64,000 bases of DNA from Roseibacillus sp. (lineage in GTDB: Bacteria; Verrucomicrobiota; Verrucomicrobiia; Verrucomicrobiales; Akkermansiaceae). Under the pieces are notes generated by a model, which worked only from the letters and a program-made list of their open reading frames with translations, made no database searches and had not been told where the DNA came from. Below, piece after piece: positions 39,070 through 49,164 of this stretch. The translations under genes were made by a program, and so were the position numbers. Every line of letters begins with the position of its first letter. Positions within the stretch are counted from its first letter, which is position 1. The stretch covers positions 128,001 through 192,000 of the forward strand of contig CBDEUM010000030.1 in NCBI GenBank assembly GCA_965242925.1, in the 5' to 3' direction.

Positions 39070-41808
39070 ATGAACATACTCTCCTCCACTCATTCACCCG
39101 CCAGGCGGGTTGCCCTCTTCTCGATCCTCTGCCTCTGCCCGGTCGCAGCCACTCTACGTGCCGCCCCGGATTCAATCGTCCAGGAAGTGACCTTGGAAAA
39201 TGAGACTGTGACCATGCGCCTTACGCGGCAGGACCTCCGCGGCGCGCACTTCGACTACAGGTCACAGCAGGCCGGGGGCGGATTCCGTCGTCTCATTCCC
39301 GTTCCCGAGCGCTCCTACCTGGGGACCGTGGACGGGGCTCCGGGCGCCGTATCCTGTGGCATCCAACTTGACGACGGCACCTTCAAGGGCGCTATCCTGT
39401 TCGAACGGGGCACTACTTGGTACACCCTTGGCGAAAGCGTGATCCGAACCCAGGCGCTCCCCTACGAGAACTTTACCGATTACAGGTTTCCTGTCGGACC
39501 GACCGTCACCTCAGGCCAGGGAGGCTCCCGGATGCATGCCTTCGACCTCGCTGTTGACGTTTCCAGCAACTATTACACTCAGGCCGGGAACCAACCAGCA
39601 CCTGCCCTGGAGCGGGTGGAATTCACCGTGGCTCTCACGAGGGCCATTTACATGAGGGATGCTCTGATTCGTCCCTACCTGGGACGCGTCATCCTGCGGA
39701 CCGATGCCGGTCAGGATCCCTATAACGGCGCGCCCAATTTCTATAATATCGCGACCCGGGCGCGGGATGAATGGAATATCAATCAGGGCGATTCTGTCCG
39801 CCACCTCGTGGCAATCGTCTGGGGAGGAGGATCTCTATATGGGTGGTCCTGGAGAGGAGCGGTTGGAACAAATAATGGATATTCCGCCGTCCAGAGCGGC
39901 CCTGCGGGAGAATTTGATGACCTCCTGAGAAGACAACTTGGATACAACTGGAATTGCGCGCAAGACGCAGGAGGAAATCCTGAAGGCTTGGGCATCATGG
40001 GAAACGGCGGACCTGCCCGGATCAGCGGATGCGAAAACTACCTGATCCTCAATTATCGCAACCTCAGAGCCAATGCGGGCGTTATCCAGAGGGATCAAGA
40101 CGGTTACAGCGAGGTGGAGCTCCCACCATATGCAAGCATGGATACCGTCCAATTCCAGCGGCCAATGACTGGCTCCGTGCTGGTATCAGATAATCATCCC
40201 GTCCGAGTCCTCGTCCCCCATCGCAACCTCGGAGCTACGTGGCACGGCGGCAATGAGCCCTACAATGACCAGGCTTGGAATACCGGCGTGAATGGCGTGG
40301 GTTTCGAACGCAACCCCAACAACAACATCAATTACACCGCCTACATCAGGACAGATGTGAATTCTGAGATGGCAACCAACACGAGTTGTTTCATCCGCAT
40401 CCCCTTCACTGCAGATGAAGAAGGTCTTTCGACCTGGAACAGGATGACCTTTCAGATGCGATATGATGATGGATTCATCGCCTATCTTAACGGCAGAGAG
40501 GTTTTGTCCGTCAACGCCCCCCTGAACCCAGGCCATCTCTCTTCCGCAACGCAACTCAACGCAGACAGCTCAGCCATCAACTACCAGAGGTTCAACCTCA
40601 CAGAGCACCTCGATGTCCTGCAGGCAGGAGAGAACATGCTCGCCATCCACGGCCTCAATGAAAGCACCGGAAGCAGCGACTTTCTCATTCAGGCCAAACT
40701 GATTGCCGGGATCGATTCCGGATTGCCCTCCCCGCCAACAGCCATATCCCCGCTCAACAATGACCATGATGCCAACGGACAACTGCTCACCCTGTCCTCC
40801 TTCGAGGCCAACAGCGCTGCTGGTGGAACTGTAACACGGGACGGCAGTCGACTCGTCTACACGCCTCCCCTGACCCTCGCGGGAGAGGACTGGTTCCACT
40901 ACACGATCTCTGACACAGCTGGAAAAACAGGTCGAGGAGTGGTTCTTATTGATTCCACTCCTTTCCTCAACAACCTCGACCTCACTCCATCAAGTCGCTC
41001 GATTTCCGCATCCGGTGGTTCCTTTCACCTGGACGTCGAATCAAGAACCTCCTGGAATTGGCGCCGAAGGACGGAAACCAGTACGTGGCTCACGACCGGC
41101 GAACCCTTCACTCAGGTCGGCAATCAGATGTTTTCGTATAATGCCGCCATCAACCCTTCCCCCCTGCCGCGGACCGCACAGCTCATCTTCACCGAGGGCG
41201 ACACCATGCAGATTCACGAAATCACCCAGGCCGGCAACCCCGATATCCACGGCAATACCCGGGAGACCGCAGCCGTGCTCGAGGTTGATTCCCCCCTCTC
41301 AGCCAGCTTGGACAGTCCGGGCGATGTCGATTTCTTCAAAATAGAGGTCGCGGCCGAGAGCATCCTGACCCTGGGAACAACAGGCCAGACGGATACACTT
41401 GGCACATTGATGGATTCTTCGGGGAGAATCCTGATTCAGAATAACAATGGCATCAACGGCGGTGAGATAAACTTCCAGATCCTCTACCGCGCGAGACCCG
41501 GGACCTACTACCTCCGGGTCCGACACCCTCTGGCCAGCGGCACGGGACAATACGTCCTGACTGGTTCGCTGGCGTTCATTCCTTACCTGACCATCCGATC
41601 CACTGATAGCGAACAAGGGGAGACAATTGTCGATCTGGCTTTCACCAGTCAGACCGGGGAATCCTACCGGATCGAGAGTTCCGCTGACCTGGTCAATTGG
41701 GACACCGTCGAGGAAGGCTTGCTCGCAGAGAGCACGACTGTCGAACGCAGTTACCCTTTCAACACCACCGCGAGTCCAAGGCTGTTCCTTCGCGTGCGGC
41801 AGGAATAA
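39070..41808 (+). CDS. Secreted multidomain protein: degenerate M12/reprolysin-like domain, jelly-roll, Ig-like, BACON-like, PPC-like and C-terminal domains
   Basis: Signal peptide; RRQLGYNWNCAQD at the HExxHxxGxxH position followed by GIMG (Met-turn); RYDDGFIAYLNG; NDHDANG; DIHGNT...GDVDFF; start ATG 39070 or GTG 39046. Confidence 0.75.
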   Translation: MNILSSTHSPARRVALFSILCLCPVAATLRAAPDSIVQEVTLENETVTMRLTRQDLRGAHFDYRSQQAGGGFRRLIPVPERSYLGTVDGAPGAVSCGIQLDDGTFKGAILFERGTTWYTLGESVIRTQALPYENFTDYRFPVGPTVTSGQGGSRMHAFDLAVDVSSNYYTQAGNQPAPALERVEFTVALTRAIYMRDALIRPYLGRVILRTDAGQDPYNGAPNFYNIATRARDEWNINQGDSVRHLVAIVWGGGSLYGWSWRGAVGTNNGYSAVQSGPAGEFDDLLRRQLGYNWNCAQDAGGNPEGLGIMGNGGPARISGCENYLILNYRNLRANAGVIQRDQDGYSEVELPPYASMDTVQFQRPMTGSVLVSDNHPVRVLVPHRNLGATWHGGNEPYNDQAWNTGVNGVGFERNPNNNINYTAYIRTDVNSEMATNTSCFIRIPFTADEEGLSTWNRMTFQMRYDDGFIAYLNGREVLSVNAPLNPGHLSSATQLNADSSAINYQRFNLTEHLDVLQAGENMLAIHGLNESTGSSDFLIQAKLIAGIDSGLPSPPTAISPLNNDHDANGQLLTLSSFEANSAAGGTVTRDGSRLVYTPPLTLAGEDWFHYTISDTAGKTGRGVVLIDSTPFLNNLDLTPSSRSISASGGSFHLDVESRTSWNWRRRTETSTWLTTGEPFTQVGNQMFSYNAAINPSPLPRTAQLIFTEGDTMQIHEITQAGNPDIHGNTRETAAVLEVDSPLSASLDSPGDVDFFKIEVAAESILTLGTTGQTDTLGTLMDSSGRILIQNNNGINGGEINFQILYRARPGTYYLRVRHPLASGTGQYVLTGSLAFIPYLTIRSTDSEQGETIVDLAFTSQTGESYRIESSADLVNWDTVEEGLLAESTTVERSYPFNTTASPRLFLRVRQE

Positions 41809-41923
41809 TTTTCCTGCCTGCCCCCACTGAAGCCCTTCCTTCCAGAGACCACATTCACGGCAGGCGCAGACACGAATGGGTCTTATCGTCACAGCACCCA
41901 GTCGACCACGCTCCGTCCATCGC

Positions 41924-42760
41924 ATGAGAAACCCCTTTGTCCGGTTCCTCTTCCTGGCTTCCCTGGTCCCTCTCACGTCCTGCGGAGAACAGGCTCAGCC
42001 TCTCCCCCCGGACGAGGGACCCACCCCCCTGCTCCGCGCCCACGCCCACAACGACTACCGCCACAAACGTCCGCTTCTCGACGCGCTTGAGCAGGGATTC
42101 TGCAGCGTGGAGGCCGACATCTTTCTTCGGGGCGACAAACTCCATGTCGCTCACACCCGCTTGGGAATCCGCAAGGACCGCACCCTTGAGGAACTCTACC
42201 TCAAACCCCTGGCGAAACGCGTCCGTGCCAACGAGGGGAGTGTCTATCCCGGGAAGGAGCGCTTCATCCTCCTCATCGACATCAAGTCTGATGGGAACGA
42301 GACCTATCCCGTCCTCGACAAGCTCCTCACCCGCTACCAAACCCTTTTCACCGCCCACCTCAACGGCAGGGAGCGCCCCGGTCCCGTCACCGCAATCCTG
42401 AGCGGAGGGCGACCACGGGCCCTGGTGGAGTCCGACCTCACCCGCTACTGCGCCCTCGACGGCAGAGCCGGTGACCTCGGCGCCGGGACCCCGTCCCATC
42501 TCATCCCGCTGGTCAGCGATAAGTGGTCGAACCACTTCAAATGGCGTGGACGGGGCCCCATGCCAGTCGGGGAGAGAACCTCACTGGAGGAGTTCGTGAC
42601 CCGCGCCCGGAAGGACGGACGCCTCCTGCGTTTCTGGGCCGTTCCCGACCGGTCCGAGTGCTGGCAGGTCCTCCACGACACCGGGGTGGATCTCATCAAC
42701 ACCGACAAGCTCAAGGAACTGGCCCGGTTCCTCCGCAGGACCACCCCGGTCGCCCCGTAA
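41924..42760 (+). CDS. PLC-like phosphodiesterase (Aim6-like), lipoprotein
   Basis: LTSC lipobox; AHAHNDY, SVEADI, LIDIK, DLINTD motifs. Confidence 0.8.
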   Translation: MRNPFVRFLFLASLVPLTSCGEQAQPLPPDEGPTPLLRAHAHNDYRHKRPLLDALEQGFCSVEADIFLRGDKLHVAHTRLGIRKDRTLEELYLKPLAKRVRANEGSVYPGKERFILLIDIKSDGNETYPVLDKLLTRYQTLFTAHLNGRERPGPVTAILSGGRPRALVESDLTRYCALDGRAGDLGAGTPSHLIPLVSDKWSNHFKWRGRGPMPVGERTSLEEFVTRARKDGRLLRFWAVPDRSECWQVLHDTGVDLINTDKLKELARFLRRTTPVAP

Positions 42761-42782
42761 CCGCTCCCCGCACTCCCTCCTC

Positions 42783-44183
42783 CTAGAACTCCACCGTTTC
42801 CCCCAGCACACCCACGCTTACATCCCCGTCGTGCACTTCCTGCAGGGCCGTCCGGAAGGTCTCCGAGCGTTCCTGCTCCCCGTGCACGAGCCAGACTTTC
42901 CCGCGTGGTCCCGTCATGGCCCCGAAGTAGTCGAGCAGTTCGGAGTGATCGGCATGGCCGGAAAAGGAATCAAGTTCCTCCACTGCGGCCTTCACCTTGA
43001 AGGTCTCCCCGAAGATTCTGACCTCCTCCCAGCGTTGGCGGATTTTCCAGCCGAGGGTCTGCTGCGCACAATAGCCCACGAAAAGAACGGTGGTCCGGGG
43101 ATCCCCGATTCCATTGCGCAGGTGGTGCAGGATGCGTCCCGCCTCACACATACCGGAAGCGGAAATGATGATGGCCTGCCCTTCCTGCGCATTCAGGTCC
43201 TTCGACTTCTGCACTTCCCGGATGAGGGTCAGCCCGTCAAACCCGAAGGGGTTGCGTTTCTCGTGAAGAAAGCGGTGCACCTCCTCGTTGAAACACTCGG
43301 GATGCAGTCGGAAGATCTCGGTGGCATTCACCGCCAGGGGACTGTCGACGTAGACCGGGACCTCCGGAATGCGCTCCTCCTCGAAAAGTTGATGCAGGGC
43401 CCAGAGCAGGGCCTGGGTCCTCTCCACCGCAAAGGCCGGGATCAGGATCTTACCCCCCCGCTCCAGGGAACGCTCGAGAATCGCCACCAGCCGATCGTCC
43501 GCCCTGGTCGGCATCTCGTGCTCGCGCCCCCCGTAGGTGCTCTCCATCAGGAGAAAGTCGATCTCCCGGGCCACCGCCGGATCACGCAGGATATCATTGT
43601 CCCCCCGCCCCACATCCCCGGAGAAGAGGAAGCGTTTCTTCTCGCCGTCCTCCTGGTCCTCGATTTCCAGCAGGACCTGGGCACTGCCCAGGATGTGCCC
43701 GGCGTCCAGAAAGGTCAGAGACACTCCGTCAGAGATGGGCAACGGACGATCATATCCCACATTGACGAACTGTCGCATGCAGGCATCCGCATCCTCCACC
43801 GAATAGATTGGTTCCCGCAGGGGTTGGCCCTCCTTCTTCAGCCGTTTGTTGAGCCACTTCACATCACTGGCCTGGATCCGTGCGCAATCGGCCAGCATGA
43901 TCTGGCAGAGATCCCGAGTCGCGAAGGTGGCGTATATGTTACCACTGTAGCCCTTGCTGCAGAGATTGGGCAGGTTTCCGCTGTGATCGATGTGGGCATG
44001 AGAGAGCACCACCGCGTCGATGGAGGCCGGATCAAGGTGCGGGAAACAGCAGTTGATCTCGTACTCGTCCTGCCGTCGCCCCTGGTAGAGTCCACAATCG
44101 AGCAGGATTCTTTTCCCATTCACCTCCAGCAGATGCTGGGATCCCGTCGTGGTGCCGGCTGCTCCGCAGAATTTCAATTTCAT
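42783..44183 (-). CDS. Beta-CASP metallo-beta-lactamase RNA-processing nuclease
   Basis: HAHIDH, AGHILGS, SGDVG, ESTYG, SASGM, FSGHAD motifs. Confidence 0.93.
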   Translation of the reverse strand: MKLKFCGAAGTTTGSQHLLEVNGKRILLDCGLYQGRRQDEYEINCCFPHLDPASIDAVVLSHAHIDHSGNLPNLCSKGYSGNIYATFATRDLCQIMLADCARIQASDVKWLNKRLKKEGQPLREPIYSVEDADACMRQFVNVGYDRPLPISDGVSLTFLDAGHILGSAQVLLEIEDQEDGEKKRFLFSGDVGRGDNDILRDPAVAREIDFLLMESTYGGREHEMPTRADDRLVAILERSLERGGKILIPAFAVERTQALLWALHQLFEEERIPEVPVYVDSPLAVNATEIFRLHPECFNEEVHRFLHEKRNPFGFDGLTLIREVQKSKDLNAQEGQAIIISASGMCEAGRILHHLRNGIGDPRTTVLFVGYCAQQTLGWKIRQRWEEVRIFGETFKVKAAVEELDSFSGHADHSELLDYFGAMTGPRGKVWLVHGEQERSETFRTALQEVHDGDVSVGVLGETVEF

Positions 44184-44260
44184 AAGGATGCTGGCAGCAA
44201 TTTAGGAGCCTATCGTCGCAAAGTCCAAGACCGAAGGTCACAGACAGCACTGCCCGGAAC

Positions 44261-44974
44261 CTACCGCCGCAGGACCTTTCCCGCCACCCGCCGACCCACC
44301 TCCCTGGCGATCTTGCGCTCCATGTCCCGGCCCATGAGAATCTCGATCGCTCCCGGCACGGCCTGCCGGTAGGCCAGCGACTTGCAGGCCAGCACCACCG
44401 CCTCGCTCTCGCGCAGGCGGGGAAAGACATGAGACTCGTCGATAATAGTGGCCATCATCCTGGCCGCCTGCACCTCGACCTGCAGCGAGGACAGTGACAT
44501 CAGGCTGCCCGCCCCGAGAGCCGCGGCGGCCAGTGCAAGTCCCAGGCCGGCCGGAATTTTGGCCACCACCACGGCAAATATCAGCACCACCAGAGTGAAG
44601 ATGGGAAAGGCGAAGCTGAACTTCACCGCCCACTGGCGCCACTTGAGCAGATCCGGATTACTGGTGGCCACCAGAGCGTGCCCACACAGGAGGGCCACCT
44701 CGCCCAGGGCCAGAACGTTCTTCGCCCCCACCAGGCGTTTGGAGAGCATCAGCTTGACCGGTTTGCCCACCTTGACCTCTGCCCTGCGTTTCTCGATCAC
44801 CTCCACCTTGCCGGATATCCCTGCCTTGGAGAGGAGAAGATCCGCCAGTTCCCGCCCGGTCCGCGAGGTCTCCCCGTCGCCCGCCGAACGCACCCCACGA
44901 TCACAGAAGAGCTTCCTTACCACCACTGAGAGAATGATGGGAAGGAGTGAAATCAGAAGGATCACCCGTGACAC
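44261..44974 (-). CDS. YugP-like neutral zinc-metallopeptidase homolog with degenerate HExxH
   Basis: TG.ELA..LL..AGI motif, VALLCGHA at the AAHExGHA position, LQVE at the LPVE position, TM helices. Confidence 0.6.
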   Translation of the reverse strand: MSRVILLISLLPIILSVVVRKLFCDRGVRSAGDGETSRTGRELADLLLSKAGISGKVEVIEKRRAEVKVGKPVKLMLSKRLVGAKNVLALGEVALLCGHALVATSNPDLLKWRQWAVKFSFAFPIFTLVVLIFAVVVAKIPAGLGLALAAAALGAGSLMSLSSLQVEVQAARMMATIIDESHVFPRLRESEAVVLACKSLAYRQAVPGAIEILMGRDMERKIAREVGRRVAGKVLRR

Positions 44975-45032
44975 GATCGGACTCTACCCCAAATTCCCGG
45001 GAACCAACACCAAATAGACCGGGTTCTCCGTG

Positions 45033-47594
45033 CTACCTCCACTCATGCCTCGGATAGCGTCCCGCGAGATCCTTCTTCATCCGGGGGTAACCACTCACCC
45101 AGAAACTCTCCAGGTCCTGGGTCACCTGCCAGGGACGCTGGTTCGGCGCGAGAATCTGCACCTGTACCGGACGACCGGAAATGGCAGGGGTCTCCCTGAC
45201 GCCATACAGCTGCTGTACCCTGAGGGCGATGGAGGGATCCTTCCCGGCTTCGTATCCCACCTTCGCCCCCACCCCATTGGCCAGTTCAATCCGTTCCGGG
45301 GCATAACTCTCGAGGGCTGCGGACTGGGGGGCGGAGAGCCAGTCCCGGAGAACGGGCCAGACCTCGCGGTCCTTCACCTCCCGGTAAGAACGCGCCTTCC
45401 TGCACACCTGCGTGACAATCAGCTTCTTCTCCTCGTCACCAATGGGGCTGATTCCCAGCTCGGGCATGGATCGTGCAACAAAGGCCACCCGCGCGATCCA
45501 GCGCTCCACCTTGGCGTCCCATCGCTTGAGCAGGAGGGACCCGCTCACGATGTGATCCGCCAACAGGGCCGCCGCTTCCTCCTCACCCACTTCCCCCCCT
45601 TCCTTCTCCTCGATCACGAGATCATGGAACATCACCCGCCGGCGGACCACCACGCGCCGCGCCACTTCGTCAAAGACCGCTCCTGCCTCCTTCCGGAACC
45701 CCATCGGGAACAACTCCCGCAACCACTCCTCCTCCACTCGAACTGCATGCCTGAGATGGACCGTCATCTCCCGTCCCTGAACCTCCGTCATCCCGGTGGC
45801 CACCAACACCATCGCCTCCCGCGCCACGCTCCCCTCATCCAGTTTCCCGCGTCTCCCTCCGGCCACCCGACAGGCCAGCGATCCCCGGCTGGTCCGCACT
45901 GCCACGTGGTCCCCATAGGCTGCCAGCACGGCCCGGCCCAGGGGCACACGCAGTTCCTCCATCGCCACCTGGCCTGAACGAACCGATGGTCGACCCGCGA
46001 GGGCGCAAAGTTGCTTCCAGACCTGCAGGGTTTCCCTCGTCTGCCGGGCATGAATGGCAAACTCGCCGCAACGAACGGGATCGAAACGCATACTCTCCGC
46101 AGCCTCGCAGGCCCGCCACTGGGCCTCAAAATCAGATCGATCACCATCCCCCTGGAAGTGCCCCCGCTGGGCACGGGTGGCCTTTCTGGCAAACACTCCC
46201 TCGCTCTGGAGAACTGCCGCCGCAAAACAGGCCTCCGCCACACAGCCTTCCTCCTCGGCAGCTTCCAGAAGGCGTGCTGCGCGGGGATGCAACGGATAAC
46301 GCGCCATCGATGCTCCCACTTCCGTGATCGCTCCCTCCCCGTCCACCGCTCCCAGCATTTCCAGCAGACGCTCCGCCCGTCGGAGGGAATCCTCCTCCGG
46401 GGTATCCAACCAGCGGAACTCCCGCACCTCTCCCACCCTCCCGGCCTTCAGGTAGAGAACCGCCTCCGCCAGATCGACCCGGTGCACCTCAGGTCGCTCG
46501 AACTCCGGGCGCCGGGCGTGGTCCCGCTCGCTCCACAACCTCACGCACCGACCCGGCTCGGTTCTCCCCGCGCGCCCAGCCCGCTGCTGAGCCGCCGCCT
46601 GAGAAATCTTCCGGATGGTCAGGGTGTCGATCCCGCGCCGGGCATCGTAGGAAGCAATCCGTGCAAGGCCCGAATCAATCACCGCGATCACCCCGTCAAT
46701 CGTGATCGAAGTCTCCGCCACGTTAGTTGCCACGATGATCCGGGGCGTCTCACCAGGATCAATCGCTTCCGCTTGCGCGGCCGGAGAGAGGGCGGAATAC
46801 AGGGCTTTCACCTCCCAACCCCGCGCCCAACTGCTTCGCTCCAGCAGCTCCACCGTCCTGCGAATCTCATAGGCCCCGGGGAGAAAGACCAGCATCCTCT
46901 CTCCTCCACTGCCCCCGGATTCCCTTCCCTCGTTGCGCACGAGGATCTCTTCCCGGCAGGCCTTCCCCACCTGTTCCCAGACCGGCACGGTTTCCATCGC
47001 CCCGTGCCTCCCCCGCCTGGGAGGTGGAGGAGGTTGATGGAAAATCTCCACCGGATACATTCGCCCCCCTGCCTCCAGCACTTCGCAGGGATGCAGGTAG
47101 TCCGCCAATCCTGCTGTTTCCAGGGTAGCGGACATGACGAGAACCCGGAGTTTCGGCCGCCCGCCTTCCTGCAAATCGAGCACACGAGCCAGGGAAAGAT
47201 CGGAGGCCAGTCTCCGCTCATGAAACTCGTCGAAGAGCACCGCACCCACTCCCTCCAGTTCCGGGTCGTCGCGCAACCAGCGCTGCAATACTCCGTCCGT
47301 GACGTAGACGATCCTCGTCCGCTCGCCGTAGCAGGTGTCGAAACGCACCGCATAGCCCACCTCCTCCCCCAGCTTCACTCCGAGTGAGCGGGCCACGAAC
47401 CCGGCCAGCAGACGCGCTGCGATCCGGCGGGGCTGAACCACCACGATCATTCCCTCCACCTGGGAGGCCTGCAGGATCATGGCGGGCACCCCGGTCGATT
47501 TTCCCGATCCCGTGGGTGCCCGCAAAAGAATCCTCCCGCCTTGCCGCAGGCACTCCTCCAACTCCTCCCGGATCTCGAAAACAGGTAGAACCAC
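45033..47594 (-). CDS. hrpB: ATP-dependent helicase HrpB
   Basis: APTGSGKS, DEFHER, MSAT, TNVAETSITI, QRAGRAGR, GRYPRHEW C-terminus. Confidence 0.95.
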   Translation of the reverse strand: MVLPVFEIREELEECLRQGGRILLRAPTGSGKSTGVPAMILQASQVEGMIVVVQPRRIAARLLAGFVARSLGVKLGEEVGYAVRFDTCYGERTRIVYVTDGVLQRWLRDDPELEGVGAVLFDEFHERRLASDLSLARVLDLQEGGRPKLRVLVMSATLETAGLADYLHPCEVLEAGGRMYPVEIFHQPPPPPRRGRHGAMETVPVWEQVGKACREEILVRNEGRESGGSGGERMLVFLPGAYEIRRTVELLERSSWARGWEVKALYSALSPAAQAEAIDPGETPRIIVATNVAETSITIDGVIAVIDSGLARIASYDARRGIDTLTIRKISQAAAQQRAGRAGRTEPGRCVRLWSERDHARRPEFERPEVHRVDLAEAVLYLKAGRVGEVREFRWLDTPEEDSLRRAERLLEMLGAVDGEGAITEVGASMARYPLHPRAARLLEAAEEEGCVAEACFAAAVLQSEGVFARKATRAQRGHFQGDGDRSDFEAQWRACEAAESMRFDPVRCGEFAIHARQTRETLQVWKQLCALAGRPSVRSGQVAMEELRVPLGRAVLAAYGDHVAVRTSRGSLACRVAGGRRGKLDEGSVAREAMVLVATGMTEVQGREMTVHLRHAVRVEEEWLRELFPMGFRKEAGAVFDEVARRVVVRRRVMFHDLVIEEKEGGEVGEEEAAALLADHIVSGSLLLKRWDAKVERWIARVAFVARSMPELGISPIGDEEKKLIVTQVCRKARSYREVKDREVWPVLRDWLSAPQSAALESYAPERIELANGVGAKVGYEAGKDPSIALRVQQLYGVRETPAISGRPVQVQILAPNQRPWQVTQDLESFWVSGYPRMKKDLAGRYPRHEWR

Positions 47595-47734
47595 TGCCCC
47601 TTTCTTAGCCCTCCAGACCTGACATCCAAATCCTAATTCTCACCGGCAAATCCTTGTAATTACAGCAGAATCGGCCCTTATCAATACTGCTCCCCATCTC
47701 CCGGCAACCTCCGGTCCGGGCCCGCGTTATTTCT

Positions 47735-47763
47735 TTGCACCTCAGCCTAAACCAAATTAAGTT
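47735..47763 (+). promoter_or_regulatory. Promoter TTGCAC-N17-TAAGTT
   Basis: -10 element ends 6 nt before the tatA ATG. Confidence 0.55.
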
Positions 47764-47769
47764 ACTCTC

Positions 47770-48042
47770 ATGACAAACACCGTGGCGTTCATCGGTGGCC
47801 TCGGCGGTCCGGAGATCGCGGTCATCTTCATAATCGTCCTCCTTCTCTTCGGGGCCAAGAAAATCCCCGAGCTTGCCCGTGGACTTGGAAAGAGCATGGG
47901 TGAGTTCAAACGTGCCCGGGACGACTTTGAAGACGAAATCAGGATGGCTGAAATGGACACCTCCAACGAAACCGAGGAAAAAAAGGTCGCGACCGAGGAA
48001 GCCAAGCACAAGGAAGAAGCTTCGGCCTCCGAGGATTCCTGA
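47770..48042 (+). CDS. tatA: Twin-arginine translocase TatA/E subunit
   Basis: [25 protein letters not shown] signature. Confidence 0.95.
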   Translation: MTNTVAFIGGLGGPEIAVIFIIVLLLFGAKKIPELARGLGKSMGEFKRARDDFEDEIRMAEMDTSNETEEKKVATEEAKHKEEASASEDS

Positions 48043-49157
48043 TGCACCGCCTCCTCTCAAAATCCTCTTTCTTTCGCGCCCCGCAGCATGCCGGGGCGTT
48101 TCTTTTTCTCTTCTTTTCCCTTCTCCTGTCCGGTTGTGGCGACAAGGAGGAGTTTTCCGATTGGGAACGGACCGAAAAACCGCCCCCGGAAGAATCCGAG
48201 CTATCTACCACGTCTGAGCACGAGTCGGAATCCGCTGCGCTGGCGACCCCCCCTGCACCGGAGACCACGTCAGCTCCTCCTGACGGGAAGGACAACCAAC
48301 GGAGCACCCAGCTCCGCTTTCTCTCCTACAACGTCCGGAACTATCTCACCATGTCCCGTTTCGTCGACGGTGAACGCAAAGACCGGCGCAAACCTGCCCG
48401 GGAGGTGGAGGCCCTCGTCAGGATCATCGTGGAGGCCCAACCCGATGTCCTTGGCATCAGCGAAATTGGAACGGCGAAGGACCTCGCTGAGCTGAAGGAG
48501 AAGCTCTCCGAGGCGGGGCTCGCCTTGAAATACTCCGAGCATGCCGGAGGAGCCGATGAGACGCGCCGCCTCGCCCTCCTCTCCCGCTACCCCATCGTGG
48601 CCGTCAATTCGCAGGGAGCTGACGGCTCACTCGTCTACCAGTCGGTTGACGCCGACAACAACCCCAAGGAATTCGCCATGCAGCGGGGAATCCTCGACGC
48701 CACCATAGAAGCTGGCACCCGCAGGATCCGCTTCCTGGGAGTGCACCTGAAATCCAAGCGCGAAACTCCCGAGGGTCACCAGGATCTCATGCGCCGCCAC
48801 GAAGCCTACCTCCTGCGCAAACATGCCGACCGCATCCTGCAGGAGAGGCCCGGAACTCTCCTCTGCGTTTATGGCGATCTCAATGAGACACGCCGGGAGA
48901 GCCCCGTCCGCTCCATCCAGGGCCCCACCCAGTCAACACGCTACCTCGAACCGCTTTCCCACAAGGACTCTCGCGGCGAAGTGTGGACTCATTACTGGGA
49001 TTATCAGCACCTCTACTCCCGCTTCGACTACGTCCTCGCCAGCCGGTCCCTTCGACCACTCTTCAACCAGAAGGCCAGCCATATCATCGATGACCCCCGA
49101 TGGTCTGTCGCATCCGACCACCGTGCCCTGTTGAGCATATTCGACCTGGAGAAATGA
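48042..49157 (+). CDS. EEP family lipoprotein
   Basis: LSGC lipobox; SYNVRNY, HLKSKR, GDLN, FDY, SDH motifs. Confidence 0.88.
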   Translation: MHRLLSKSSFFRAPQHAGAFLFLFFSLLLSGCGDKEEFSDWERTEKPPPEESELSTTSEHESESAALATPPAPETTSAPPDGKDNQRSTQLRFLSYNVRNYLTMSRFVDGERKDRRKPAREVEALVRIIVEAQPDVLGISEIGTAKDLAELKEKLSEAGLALKYSEHAGGADETRRLALLSRYPIVAVNSQGADGSLVYQSVDADNNPKEFAMQRGILDATIEAGTRRIRFLGVHLKSKRETPEGHQDLMRRHEAYLLRKHADRILQERPGTLLCVYGDLNETRRESPVRSIQGPTQSTRYLEPLSHKDSRGEVWTHYWDYQHLYSRFDYVLASRSLRPLFNQKASHIIDDPRWSVASDHRALLSIFDLEK

Positions 49158-49164
49158 GCTTCTC

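Noticed and set aside
38832..41808. tRNA-anchored integrative element
   Set aside because: No integrase, and I found no duplicated tRNA 3' end; the downstream gene looks only slightly less GC-rich.
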